64,000 bases of DNA, taken from assembly GCA_024704765.1 (NCBI GenBank), contig JAKMXF010000025.1, positions 1-64,000 on the forward strand, read 5' to 3'. This DNA is from Oopsacas minuta. Its lineage: Eukaryota; Animalia; Porifera. Under the pieces are notes generated by a model. The model had not been told where the DNA came from. It worked only from the letters and a program-made list of their open reading frames with translations, and did no database searches. The position numbers and the translations under genes were made by a program. Numbering within the stretch: the stretch's first letter is position 1; each line of letters starts with the position of its first letter. Shown here piece by piece: positions 11,584 to 25,094 of the stretch.

Positions 11584-12894
11584 CAAGGGTTGTTCATTAA
11601 ATAATGAGACTTTTTTTCATAATTCATATAGTAAAACTATACTTATCATAATTGATTATCAAATGTTTCGAAAATTTCCCCTTTAACTTTATACATCGTT
11701 TCCATCGTTCTGGTAACTTTTCCAGCCCAGTGGTATAGAATTATTTAGGGGTCCCTTTTTCCCACTGTTGTATTTCATACTCCAGCAGTTTGAAATCCTC
11801 AAATCTCTTCCCTTGAAGAGGTCTCTTCATCTCTCCAAACAGCCAGTAGTCGCTGGGAGCGAGGTCTAGACTATACGGGAGATGAGGGAGGCATTCGAAT
11901 CCTAAGTCGTCAATTGCATCCATTATCTTGGAGCTTACATGGGGCCTAGCGTTGTCATGTTGCAGCAATACGCCACGTGTCAACTTGCTTCGCCTCTCAT
12001 GTTTAATCGCTTGACGCAATTCCTACAATTCTTCAACGTAATAATCCCTATTTATGGTTGTCTTCTCAGGCAACCAGTCGAAGTGTATAATTCCTTCCCT
12101 ATCCCAAAATACTGTTGCCATTCTCTTCCCTGCTATTTTTGCAGCCTTTACCTTGATGGGTACAGGTTCTTCACGTCTCTTCCACTGCTTCGATTGAGTT
12201 TTGCTCTCTGGTTCATAATAATAAAACCAAGTTTCATCCCCCGTTACTATACGATCCAAAAAGTCTTCCTCTGCCTTGTATCTCGAAAGTAATTCTTTGC
12301 CAACTCTGACCCTTTTAGCGTTTTTGTTCTTTTGAAAGAAGTTTTGGGACCCAACGCCAGTTACCTTCGACATTTCGCATCTTCAGTGATAATCGAGTGT
12401 AGTGTGGCTTTTGATATACCTATCCTCACTTCTAACTCTCGCAGGCTTATTCGTCTGTCCTCGTCCAAAATTGTTTAGGCCCTCTCGATATTACTGTGGG
12501 TTTTGAGGAAGTCGGAAGACCTGGACGAGGGTCATTGTGGAGGTCCTCATCGCCATTATCAAAACGTTCGATCCATCTATATATGGTGGGTTTTGAAGGA
12601 CATTCATCACCGAAAATATCCTGCATTTCACGAAGAATGTATGAGCCATGTCTTCCCTTTTTCCACAGGTACCAAATTATTTGTCGTTTTCCTTCTTTGC
12701 TAAAATCCATTAGTGAAAAAAGTAGCCTCTACAAATGAAACTTTATACCGAAGAAAATTCTAGTATAGTAAAGAGTATATTGTATCGAAGTTAGACAATC
12801 AAGTTAGGCTTGTAATCTGAAATTAGGCTTAGAGCTATATTAACTAGAATATTAATTCGATACATTAGTCTCATTACTTATTGAAAAACCATTG
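11584..12894 (-). mobile_element. Second Mariner (DD34D) family element, inactivated
   Basis: Imperfect TIR caagggttgttcattaaataatgagact / agtctcattacttattgaaaaaccattg with TA TSDs; ORF pieces 12447-12710, 12023-12373 (IVTGDETWFYYY) and 11741-12019 (DNARPH-34aa-D). Confidence 0.94.
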
Positions 12895-13900
12895 TACATT
12901 GTGTCAATTAAGTTTTAGAAGTCAATGCTATCTCACTAAATTAATTGCTTTAGAAGTAAAAAATAATTGGGACAGTTGGCAAGCCTGGAATATACTTACT
13001 GTCAATGGCTAACCTTACAAGATTTTCCCTATATCTCTTGGTCTGTACAGACGTACACGGATTTAGTAGATTTGTAGATGAATTTTAGTTGAGACACTTA
13101 CTGATTATGAGTCCAATAACCTAAACTCCTAAAGTATGTACATTATGTGGTGTAAATCAACAGTTCTTAATCAAGCGTAGAGGGATTTCCAGTACAGTCT
13201 ATATAATTCCATCTTTTCTCCTTTCCAAATTATTCAAGTGTACAAGGACTATCTGAACTTCGTAAGCAACGAGAGAGAAATATTTTGTAGGTGTATACGG
13301 TTCTGGCCAATGTAAAGAGGAAATGAGAGCTCCATACTGGAATATAACACAAATAAGTATAATTTTTGAAACCTCGCATGAAGGTGTGAATTGATTATAG
13401 AAACGCCTGACCTGTAGTTGGCGGGGAGAGAGAGAAAATTTAGTAAGCACGGGCCCAAGGGCCATGTTCACTAAATTTTTGCACCCTTGTCCACACTCCC
13501 GACGCTACTGCGTGTAAGCAAGACTCGCAAGGAAGGAGGGGGTGACGGTTTGGTTTAAGGCTGGTATGTCCCCTTCAATCTGAATCTACATCTCTGACAG
13601 CAGTCAGTCCAACTTCTCCAGGGATTTCCAAGCATTCACCTCACTTAGATTGTCTCCTACAACATCTCAAGAACAAGATTGTCTTCGTATTAATAAATGC
13701 ATGGGACGCCCTCGAAAACGTTGTTCTATGGCAGTACTATATACAATTTGTACACTTTCTCATACAATGTGGAATACCCGAGTAGGTCCTTGCGTAAATT
13801 TCAAAATTGCAATTATTTGTTATTATATTCATAAAAACAACAATATAATTACATATGAAAAACTTAAGATTTCAAAATTCGGATTCAGCGTATCTGATTA

Positions 13901-16138
13901 CACTGTCCGACAAATTTTCATCATTTTTTGCTTCTGGAATTCACGGTAATGTTTCTTATGTATTCAAGTACCCTAATTCCAAATATCCAATCAGTTTTTC
14001 TCTATCAGCAGAGATTTTGTAAAATTCAGAAATTTCCAAAATCATTTTTCCATAGATCTCTATAGAATGTATAATTGTATATCTATTAATACCTTCCGCA
14101 TATATTGTCTAACAATTCAAATTTTCTTAAAATATATAGAATATTACATGCTCTTTCAAGAGGAGATTATCTGATTGTATTTGTATTTGTTTCTTTTCAA
14201 CAATGTCTCGTCGATGTTCAAACCCAACCGATTCTTTCTGTTATATTTGTGGAGAATTTACTACATAATTTCAGCGGAGAGACATGTCTTCCCTTGTACA
14301 CAAAGGATATGGGCAATATTTCGGTCGCAAGATTGGTGATCAAGATAAGCCTTGGGCACCTCATTTTTATTTCCCAAAATGTGCAATAGGACTAAGTAAA
14401 TGGCTAAATGGCTCACGTACTTCCATGCAATTTGCTATTCCCATGATATGGAGGGAACCAAGAGATCATTATACTGATTGTTATTTCTGTTTGACTGATA
14501 TAAAAGGAATCACTTCTAAGACCAAAAAGAATATATGTTATCCCAATCTTCAATCTGCGATTCGTCCTGTTGAGCATTCTACAGAATTCGAAGTATCTAA
14601 GCCTAAGAAAGTTTCCTTTGATGACGATACTGTTGAATATGCTATGTTAGATCAAGATGATGAGGAATTTATACCTCCGCCTCTGCCACCTGATAAAACA
14701 AGACTTCCCCACATCATTAATCAAAGTGAGCTGAATGATTTGGTTAGGGACTTGAATTTGACAAAAGATCAAAGTGAATTGCTTTGGTCAAGATTGAAAG
14801 GTTGGAACTTATTGGATGAAGAAACTAAAGTTTCATTTTTCAGGACCCGTCAAAGTGATTTCTCTGTACATTTTGAAATGCAGGGGTCTCTATGTTATTG
14901 TAACAATGTGGATCGTGTGATGGAGTTATTAGGTGTTCAACACGAACCATCAGAGTGGCGTCTCTTCATTGATTCTTCTAAGTATAGCCTCAAGGCAGTC
15001 TTACTTCACAAAGGTAATGTATTACCATCCATACCGATAGGTCATTCAGTACACATGAAGGAGTCTCATGAGAATATGGATAACTTATTGAAACTGATCA
15101 GATATAACTCTTACAATTGGCACATCTGTCGTGTCTGAAGGTAATTGGACTTTTGTGGGTATGCAACCTGGATACACGAAATATTGTTGCTTCCTCTGTG
15201 AGTGGGATAGTAGAGCAAGGCAATCCCACTATATAGTTAAGGAGTGGTCACTACGACATCAATTAACTGCTGGTACAAAGAGTGTAAGTTGTCAGTCCTT
15301 AGTAAATCCTGAGAAAATTCTATTACCACCCCTACACATAAAACTGGGTTTGATGAAAAACTTTGTAAAGGCGATAGTAAAATACAATGAAGAAGGAGAA
15401 GGTTTCAAATACCTCAAGGACAAATTTCCAAAGGTCAGCGATGCTAAAATCAAGGAAGGGATATTTATAGGTCCCCAAATTAGAGAACTATTCAAGGATC
15501 TAAACTTCGAAGCATGTCTAAATTCTGTCGAGAAAGCAGCATGGAATTCATTCATATCTTTAAATGAGAACTTTTTAGGAACTAAGAAATCACCAATTTA
15601 TGAAGAAATTGTTGTGACACTACTTGATGCATTCAGAACAATGGGATGTAATATGTCTCTAAAATACACTTTCTTCACTCACATTTGCAATTCTTTCCGG
15701 AAAATCTAGGTGCTGTGAGTGATGAACATGGTGAAAGATTTCATCAAGATATAAGCACAATGGAAAGTCGTTACAATGGAAAATTCTCTCCAAACATGAT
15801 GGCTGATTATTGTTGGTCACTAAAAAGAGATATTCCTGATTGCCACATACAAAAGAAAATCATATTCCAAGCATTTCTAAATTAGTACAATAAATGCTAA
15901 GCCAATTGACAATTTTCATTGTAATTAAATCATAAGTATGCATTTGATTAGCCAATCTAAAGAGATATATTTATAGGAATACACTGGGACAATGATAAAA
16001 CCAAAATATTGAATTTTTCAAAATCGTTGCCTGATAGAGAAAAACTGATTGGATATTTGGAATCAGGGTGCTTGAATACATGAGAAACACTACAGTGTAT
16101 TCCAGAAGCAAAAAATGCTAAAAATTTGTTGGACAGTG
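13901..16138 (+). mobile_element. Chapaev3-type DNA transposon, full length, inactivated
   Basis: TIRs of ~120 bp starting cactgtcc(g/a)acaaattt; 3-bp TTA TSD at 13898-13900 and 16139-16141. Confidence 0.92.
14203..15885 (+). pseudogene. Chapaev3 transposase with Chapa zinc finger, frameshifted
   Basis: FCYICGE, YFGRKIGDQDKPWAPH, IPMIWREPRDHYTDCYFC, WRLFIDSS, CFLCEWDSR, LPPLHIKLG, GPQIREL, SDEHGERFHQDI. Confidence 0.92.
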
Positions 16139-16689
16139 TTACTCTATATGTCTGTTGAGAGCAAGATTCTACGTATATTTGGAGATTTCAGCTATTTGTT
16201 CACTTTATATTCATAAAAACAACAATTTTGCCTATGAGAAACCAAAAATCCTGGGAGGCAGTTTAGAGCAAGCCTGTAGATATATTCTACAATTTGGCTA
16301 GTTTGTTTACTTTTATATTCATAAAATTAATAATACATTTACATATTATTAATCCAAAAGTGTGAAAATCGGATTCAGCAAGTTCAATATATTTGGTGAA
16401 GGTTTATTAAATTATATTTACTTCCTCAATAAACACGATAAATATATAGTGCATATCTACATGTTACTGGAATTTACTGATATAGGCGTATTCGCGAAAT
16501 TGACTCATTCTTATCAACCCGCTAGTATTATTTCTCATATTTTCGGAAGTATATAGTGATTGCTAATTGTTAATAATATACACGGTGTAGCTGTTAGCGG
16601 ATTGACGAAAGCTCTGCAGGGTTGCTAATTACCAAACACCAACACTGAAGTAGGGACTAACTATAGCTACTTTACACGGTTGGAGATTG

Positions 16690-17420
16690 TTGGTTGACCA
16701 TCGTACTTTTTGATAAGACTTTCACTATTATGTGCTCGATTTGTTTCGGCGCCAACTTCACCTCATTCTTTGAACCTAGCAATAGCAATGAATCCATTCA
16801 GAGCAGTTGTTACATTATACCCAAACGGATTGATTCTTTCCAAGTTTCCTCTTTGTCACAGGTTCTAGTTCTTTCTTGTACCATATACTGCACAAGGTAT
16901 CTGACTCGTCAGAGCTGCTGATTGAGGTAGAAAACCGTCTGGAAACAGGAGAAACGCCACGTTCCCTCGCACTTCTCTTCACTCCACTACCTCTACCTTT
17001 ATACCGTAGACTTTAAATTAGAAAATATGTTACGAACATTATCAACTGTATGCTTCATACAACTTAATTTACTTCACTTACTCTTAAACCATTCTTCATT
17101 ATAATCTTCTTCATTTTCAACGCGTACTCTCTTCATATTAGGTCGAAATACTTGTTGAGCCACTTGGGTGAAAGCAAACTTAAAGGCTGCTGTTCTATCA
17201 TCAATATTGGAATAGATTTTCTTAGAAAATTTGACACTTTCATGCGGTTCTGAATTAAATATATGAACAATGTTTAACAATTCGAAACCAGTCCTCTGCA
17301 ATTGAGTTACTGTTAATTGAGCCTACTTCGGAATGAACACTACCTAATATAATACCACTCCACAATAGTACTAATGGCGTCAAGTATGTAAGAAGAAGTT
17401 GGAAAATTTGGGTGTATGAG
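16690..17420 (-). pseudogene. Remnant of a second NOF/Rehavkus-like Mutator transposase followed by a PHD-like finger
   Basis: Frame-joined LLTYLTPLVLLWSGIILG...SNSIAEDWFRIVKH...KRVRVENEEDYNEEWFKSK aligns with YLLTYYMPIVPLWTGIIL...SNANAENWFRIVKH...KRKLEIQNEENSKEKW at 35300-35650. Downstream (16790-16915): LCSIWYKKE...SVWV*CNNCSEWIHCYC. Confidence 0.75.
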
Positions 17421-19014
17421 AAACACTATAAGGGTAGTGTATCTTATAGCCCCCTTGTAGGGCCTTCTTCTCTTCATCTAATGAGTTCAAGGCTCTCTTA
17501 TAGAGTTCGAAATGTCTACCAAACGGCGACTACTCTCAGTTAGTTATTCCATTAACAGATTACTTACTATTTGAGACACTGTCCCCACAAGTAAGTCCTA
17601 ATCTAAAACCTTGACAAAAGGTGATTGTTACATTTGTATATTTGTCGTTTGTGTCTATTCGAATAGATTTGATAATTTTCTAACAAATGTTACTTTCTGA
17701 AAAATTATTTTAGAATAAATTCCCATTTATGACGTCACAGATATTTCAACTTCAAAGTTAATGACGTCACCTCATAATTCCCATATATATATCGGATTAC
17801 TATGAACCAATGAATCGCTAGCTTTTTCCAGGGATATATAGATTCTTGCTACGTAATATATATAATGTGAGCCACGTAATATAGTGACTTGGGTTAGGTT
17901 CAGAAACTGGACCAGGGATATGTTACCAGATCAGATAATAAAAGGGTAACTAAATAATTCGAAAGCAAAGCGTTTGTGCTCGAAGAAATGTATAGCATGT
18001 TTGTAAAACAACAAATTATCGAGCATATAATATTCGAGAATAAACAGAAAGTGGCAAAAGATATGTTTGGTATACATTGATTAGTAAAATTCGATTCTTT
18101 GAAACATAACATTGTGTTTATTGCATCCTTCATTTCATAATGAATTTACAGTATATACATAAATCATATGCATATAAGATTGATTTATCGTACCAAGAAT
18201 AAAAATTCGTATAGCGAAACTGATAAAAGAATATTGAAACTAGAGAAAGAGAGAAATCCAAACTGTATAAGGAATTGAAATATAAAAATATTGTACAGCA
18301 AAATCTGTATAAGTAGTACAATACAAATTTGTCTCTAGAAAAGTAAAAAAGTTAGAGGCTTATATAAACGTATTTATTGTGAATCTAATCAAGTTAGACC
18401 AAAATGATTGTAAATCACTGTTTCCAAACTCGGATCGGCTATGGCTACATTTGGACAAAATATGTATCTCACCCATTTCAAAATCAAATGACCTGTTCAA
18501 ATTTCGTTAGGATAGACAGGATGGCCTATTTGGGGCAAATTGATCAATAAACGAAGGAATTATCTCTGGTGACAGGTTGGTAAAGCCATACCGCCACCGC
18601 TTGATAGACTCTGTATTACATCACAATTGTGTCAGAATACACTCGCGTGTATGCATCTGCGAAAACAGGAATAACATCAAAACTTTGCCCAAACATTTTG
18701 TTGCTATCCATCAACTATTATTGCTACGAATAAGGACAGTCCAACATTGGATAATCAGATGACGGAAGTTAGAATAAATAATTACAAAGAGACAAGGCAT
18801 ATGGATTCATAATAAAGTCGCTATATACATAAGAACAGGGAACAGAAATATACAGGCAATAAGATAATAAGTGAGCTATATGTCGTCGTGCCGCTGTGTA
18901 TCTACCTAGACAAGTGGGAGTGACCCGAAGTAGCAAGGGTTCATGCTGAGTGGACCAAGGAAAATAATTTCTAAAGATAACCTTGTCATAACACGTAAAG
19001 ATGTAGCCGAGTAC

Positions 19015-21771
19015 CATAGGCGTAGGGAGGGGGGCATTTGCCCCCCCCTGGCTGAGCTAGAAAATTATTTACAGGTTATAATTGTTATTTCTTTTTATAT
19101 AATTAGAAGCGTGAGGTTCTTACCAGATATGGCGAAGGATATTCGTTATTTCTTCACCTCAAAACATCCTCAAATCGATTTTTCTCAGACTGATTGCTCC
19201 AATGGGAATTCTATTATTGAAGTTGATAATATTTTCGACGAAACAGATTCTATTGATTATACAAATACAGATTTAATTGACAATTATGTGATAGTTTTGA
19301 AATTGGGATTTATGTGAGTAAAACCGTTCCTTATGATGTGAAGCAAAAACTTTTTCTTGACACTTGGATTCCTCCTGCTGATTACCCTTTCAAAGAAGAC
19401 TCAAAGAAAGGGAGAATTTTCAGAAAAGAGTGATTGAATGAATTTTCATGGTTGTCCTATTCGAAGTTGCTCAAAGGTGGGTTTTGTAAACATTGTGTGA
19501 TATATCCTCCGACAATCCGAAGGGGTTTTGCAGGGTCCTTGATTGTTACTCCTATGACAAAATACAATGATTTTCACAATGATGCCCGAGCTCACGAAAA
19601 TACTTTATGGCATATTGAATCAACAAATATGGCAATGGAGTTCCTCAAAAGAGTACAACTAGATGAACCCGAAGTTGACAAACGGTTAAACTCAATTTCT
19701 CAAAATTTAATTCAAGAAAATCGTTCCAAAATTATTTCCATAATAAAAACTATCATCTTTTGTGGAACAACTGGCTGCCCTCTTCGTGGAAAGACTGAAG
19801 AAAAGGGTATATTCTTTAAGCTCATTCATTTTCGTATAGATGCGGGAGATGAAATACTTAGAAAACACATTGTATCAGGAAATAAGAATGCTAAATATTT
19901 GTCATCAACCATTCAAAATGAACTTATTAACGAGTGGGGTCAAGTAATTGCGAAAGGGATTGTCTCAGAAATAAACTCTTCTGTTGGATTTACAGTGCTC
20001 GCTGATGAAACGGCAGATATAAATGGACACGAACAGTTGTCAGTTGCCTTACGATTCATCGGTCAAAGTGAAGCAAGATTATGTATTCGGGAAGAATTTC
20101 TTGGTTTTAGTGATCTTCATGCCGACCTAACCGCTGAATCAATATCTAAATCAATTTTAAATTTTTTACAATACCTAGGGATAAATATGGAGCTACTAGT
20201 TGGTCAAGGCTATGATGGCTGTTCCACTATGGCCGGAAAAGTAAATGGTGTGAAATCGATTATACTTAAAAGATATCCAAGTGCGATATTCGTTCATTGT
20301 GCGTCTTATTTTTTGAATCTTGCTATAAATGATCTATCAAGGCTACCAACCATACGAAATACAATTGATACGATTAAGTCTACCATTAAATATTTTCGAG
20401 ATAGTGTAATTCGGAGTGGAGTTTTGAAGTTGAAATCATTATGCGAAACCAGGTGGACTGGGAATATAAAAGTGTGAGTCATTTTTATAACAATTTCATT
20501 GATATTGTCAAAATGCTAGAAGACTTTACCTTTAATGGGCAAGGGGAAACAAGAAAAAAGCTAATTACCTGTATCCCGCTTTACTTAACTCTTCATTTAT
20601 TATTAACCTTATTGTGATATCCAAATATTCTGCGGTGATTGAGCCTATCGCACAAATGTTTCAAGCACCAAGAATTGATCTCAGTGAAGTATGGAAACAT
20701 ATTGAATTGTTAATTTCAAATCTTAAACAACATAAAGAGAATCCTGAAAGTGAATTCTTCATTATTTGGCACGAGGGACTTGAAATAGCTGCTAAATTAA
20801 ATCTAGAACTATCTTTCCCACGGATTGTAAATCGGCAATTATATCGTAGCAATATTTCTGACCCAAATATTGATAACGCTGAAGATTATTATAGGACATC
20901 TGTTTTTATGCCCTATTTGGATGATCTAATAACATCATTAGAGGATCGGTTTTCAGGCCACAATAAGGTTGTATTGAAACTTGCAACTATCCATCCTATG
21001 TATTTCAAAGAGTTCACAAAACAGGACTTTTTACAAAAATTGTCTAATATAGTTGAGCATTTTCCACCCAATTTCACACACGATCATTACTTGATGAGGG
21101 CTCTATATGGTTTGATATTTGGAAAGCTAGAGATCCAAAAACGTATCACATTACTTTTACGGAACTTCTAAGTGAATCATCAGATTTATTTCCAACTATA
21201 ACTATATGATAAAAATAGTTCCCACATTGCCAGTTACTACGTGTAGCGTCGAGAGAAGTTTTTCTACTTTACGTAGGCTAAAGAATTGGTTAAGAAATAC
21301 AATGTCAGAAGACATTAAATGGGCTTGCGTTAATGAATATATATATAGGGAAAGAATTGAAAGCGACGAAATTGGTTTTGTTAACGAAGTGCAGAAAGAA
21401 TTCTCTTGCAAAAATAGAAGAATATGGTTGTGAAGTCCCTTTATGAAGAAAAATAATCGATATTTAGTGAGTAGCTCTTTAGATTAAGGATAATTAATTA
21501 ATCAATATTCAATTATGTTACTAGAATTTACACATTCTATATGAATTCTACTTTGTTTTTGTAAATGTTGTATGTTTGTTCGAGCCGCGTGACAGAAAAC
21601 ATGCGAAGGCGCACTAATTTGCAAATCAGACTGAAATTCCAGAGGACAAAGGTTTTCGTGACAATACCATATTGTGAGTGCAAATTATATAGTCAAATTT
21701 TTTTCTGGGGGCCCCCCAGAGCGCAACTGGTCACTTTGCCCCCCCTAGATACTATGCTGGCTACGCCCTTG
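19015..21771 (+). mobile_element. hAT transposon, full length, inactivated
   Basis: TIR cataggcgtag / ctacgcccttg; perfect 8-bp TSD CCGAGTAC at 19007-19014 and 21772-21779. Confidence 0.94.
19129..21433 (+). pseudogene. hAT transposase (ZMYM1/THAP12-like: TTF zinc finger, DUF4371, dimerisation domain)
   Basis: FSWLSYS...GFCKHC, PLRG, YLSSTIQNELI, LADETAD...EQLSV, GQGYDG, FVHCAS, LCETRW, LPVTTCSVERSFSTLRRLK. Confidence 0.93.
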
Positions 21772-21778
21772 CCGAGTA

Positions 21779-23828
21779 CAGTGGACCCTCGCTCATCCGA
21801 ACAGTAGAAAATACAGAATTTTTGGTTTAAAAATAATAAATTTCAATCGGAATTTGAAATTTTCATATGTGCATAGTAGTAATAGTAGTACTAGTACTAT
21901 AGTAGTAATGTTTCGTTCGGATTAGCGAAGTTTCTATTATAATTTACAATACCATAATCTGATTTGTAATACATATTAGTACTTATATTTATTCCTATAA
22001 TTACAAGAATATTTCAACATATTTTAGTACAATATTATCGCAATGGCGGAAAAGAAAAATATATAGCGTCCTCACAAAACACTTACTATCCATCAAAAGT
22101 TGAGTCTCCTTCATGACATTAATAAAAGATCGTACACCGTATTGTGCAATGGTATGGGATTGGGAGATCAACGATGTCTTCTATTGAGAAACAAGCTGAT
22201 GAACTGCGCGAGTAGAAAAGAAAGATGCTTGAAATGGTATTTAAGTGACCAGCCAAGACGATGAACTTGAGTTATGATGAAGAGCTGGAGAAAGCGGTGT
22301 ATTTTTGGTTTATACAACTGCGGGGAGAGGGTATTCCTATGGTGGTCCAATTTTACAGGCTAAAGCACGGGTTCTCGATCAACAAATACATAAACGACGT
22401 ATAGAGTCTAGTTCTAAAGTTTTTACTGCTTCAGCTGGTTGGATTTGGAGATTTTGTCCACGTCATAACATTCGGGAATTATCTCTTCAGGGAGAAAAAT
22501 TGTCAGCAGTACTGAAAAGTTTATTCTCGACTTCAATACCTTTATCAAGGATAGTGATTACAGCCTTGCACAAATATTTAATTACGATGAGACTGGTTTA
22601 TACTATAAGCTTTTCCCACAGAGATCTCTAGTTGGTCATTTTGAAAGATCTGCAAACGGACGGAAGACACAGAAATAAAGAGTGACTATTAGTGCGTGTT
22701 CTAATGCTTTGGGTAGAATCAAACTGCCATTACTTTTGATAGGTAAGTACAAAAGTCCTCGCTGTTTCAGCGGGATAAATAGAGAAATATTGCCTGTACT
22801 TAATGTCAGTCAGAAAAACGCTTTGGTTAACACAGTAATTTTTACAAATTGGTTTCACCAGAATTTCGTACCCTATGTCAAGACAAAGCTGAGTGAAATG
22901 AGCCTAGATCCTAGGGCAGTACTTTTACTTGATAATTGCTCTGCCCATCCAAATGAAGAAGATTTAGTTTCTAGTGAGGAAAAGTGATAGGGAAGTTTCT
23001 TCCACCTAATGTTACATCCCTAATTCAATATATGGACCAGGGTGTGTTGATCTCAATAAAGCGACATTATCGCTATAAGCTTCTTGACGTACTTGTCCTT
23101 AATGACACAGACATTGTCGCGTTTCTAAAAGGGATAAATATGTTAAAGATAATACGAAACATATCTTCAAGCTGGAATGAGATAACAGAAATAACACTTC
23201 GTCGATCTTGGGGTAAAATTTTTCCGATAGAGTCACATTCAGAGAACACAGAACTTGGAACGTCTAGTGAAATCCAACATACTGTCGACAATGATGGCTT
23301 TGTTACACTGTTTAACATAGGAGGCCAAGATATCAACGAGACTGAAATCAGTGAATGGCTAGAAGCTGATATTGCTGATAAGGGTTATGCTCATTTGACT
23401 GACCAAGAAATTGTAGAAAAGGTTACGAATCATGATGATTCAGAAAGTGAAGTAGAGGTAGATCACAACAGACATTGAGCTTGATTCAATATCTGTATGC
23501 TCTACATCAGTATCTAATAGCGATGCGATGAAATGTTTGATGGGTGTATTACTTGGCTTCAACAACAAAAGGAGGCTAATACATATAATTTATCTATACT
23601 TCATGGATTACGAGAGTGGCTGCAAAAAAGAGGCTGAGTAACTTGAAACAAATCCAATTGGATAGTTTTTTAATTAATTGTACTGTTTTTTAAAAAATTT
23701 TGAGTTGCAGAATGTTTATATTTCCCCATACGTATAAATGTATTACTTCACTAATACGAACAAATTCGCTAATTGGAACAGATTCCATGAATCGGATCAC
23801 CCCTGTTCGGATTAGCGAGCGTCTACTG
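21779..23828 (+). mobile_element. pogo/Tigger-like element, full length, inactivated
   Basis: 24-bp TIR cagtggaccctcgctcatccgaac / gttcggattagcgagcgtctactg; TA TSDs at 21777-21778 and 23829-23830. Confidence 0.93.
22043..23640 (+). pseudogene. Tigger/CENP-B-like transposase (HTH_Tnp_Tc5 plus DDE_1), fragmented
   Basis: LEKAVYFWFIQLR, GPILQAKA, FTASAGW, NYDETGL, KLPLLLIGK, LLLDNCSAHP, FLPPNVTSLIQYMDQGV. Confidence 0.92.
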
Positions 23829-24535
23829 TATACAGAAGTAAGTATGTGTTGTTGCAAAGTTCCTTCCTTAGCATTCCACAAATTGCTCGTATGAGATACA
23901 ATTGAAGGGGTCAAGGTAGGCTTGGTGATATCATCTGATGAATAGGATGACTGACGTATTATGATGGCAAGCCTAGTACGTGCATTTCGATCTTTGCTAT
24001 TCTTCATAGAATTCAAGATAGTGATTTTGCATAGGGCTAATAATGTTGGTGGTCTATTCGGTTCCTGCTGGACAGTATGTGTAAATGACCTCAGGGGTAG
24101 TTGGTCAGGCAGAAGAAAGCTCAATACATTGTTCGATGAGTGAGTAGAGGTGATGATGTTGAGAAATCTCTTCTCTAAGTGTGTATGGACCATCGCTACA
24201 TCGAATAACTGCAGAGGCTTTCTAACTTTGGCTCGTGCCATTAGTGTGCCCTTTAGATTGTAAAGTTCCCATGCTGTTACCCTGGCTATACTTGGAGCAG
24301 TGCGGAATATTTTAGGCTGCTGGTCTACAATATACTTCCAAGTGAGGTGGTTAGAATATTTGGAGTACACCTGATAAACATATATCTGTTTAGAGCTATA
24401 CATAAATTTGCATAGGTAGCATTGTATTTGTACATACGTCATGGCTGTATATAAAGAAGTGATCTGCGAATGCGAAAGGGTACTGTTATGATTGTGTTGA
24501 TGACGATCACAATAATGAAGAGAAGCACAAAACAC
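23829..24535 (-). CDS. Orphan ORF (~235 aa of non-transposon sequence) with a SOCS/BC-box-like motif; truncated by the pogo insertion
   Basis: Long stop-free frame in otherwise stop-rich DNA; contains RPPTLLALCKITILNSM. The last ~47 aa of the listed ORF are antisense pogo sequence. No clear ATG or family assignment. Confidence 0.4.
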
Positions 24536-24931
24536 CTCAATTTATAGATTTTACATTTGAAAGAAAATGTGTACACAGACAGTCTTCTATTGTGTCATCT
24601 ATGTTGCTATAATTAGTTAACTTGTTCACCAAAAGAACAACACTATTTTTAGTAGGTGATAGGATGAGTAAAGACATCACAAATACTACAGCAACAAGTA
24701 AAGACATAAGGCATGTATTGTATATGGCAGGGATGATGAGTATGGTTTGAAGGTGTTATAACAATTATAACTTACGTAGATTACTTCGTAGAGTTACTTC
24801 GGAGAATGAGACGGATACATAAACTCACCGATTAGTCGCGCTAATTGAATCCTCAAAAACCCTCCAGAGGATAAAGAATGATCAGATTACTCGAAAGCAT
24901 CAACACAGGTATTCTATTTTGAAGGAACTAT

Positions 24932-25094
24932 GGGGCCGTTCAAACGTTTATGTAATGCTTCCAAGGGGGAGGTAGTGTAACTGCAGCGTGACAATACCAT
25001 CTTTTTGTACTACAAAATGGCCTAAAGCGTGACACAGGGGGGAGTGAGTGATAATTTTCGGAAATTAGAGTTTACGTAACCTTTGAAATGCCCC
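24932..25094. mobile_element. PIF/Harbinger-type MITE
   Basis: Imperfect TIR ggggccgttcaaacgtttatgtaa / ttacgtaacctttgaaatgcccc; TSD not clean. Confidence 0.6.

Larger units (their letters stand above)
13770..16460. repeat. Dispersed composite repeat with internal tandem subunits (tatattcataaaaacaacaat...cggattcagc), host of the Chapaev3 insertion
   Basis: Subunits near 13820, 16205 and 16315; further copies in the same orientation at about 33050-33490 and 40015-40260. Confidence 0.65.

Noticed and set aside
17084-17298. Possible host exon (AG acceptor and GTAAGT donor on the minus strand)
   Set aside because: The peptide aligns with the NOF-like transposase tail, so it is better explained as a TE remnant.
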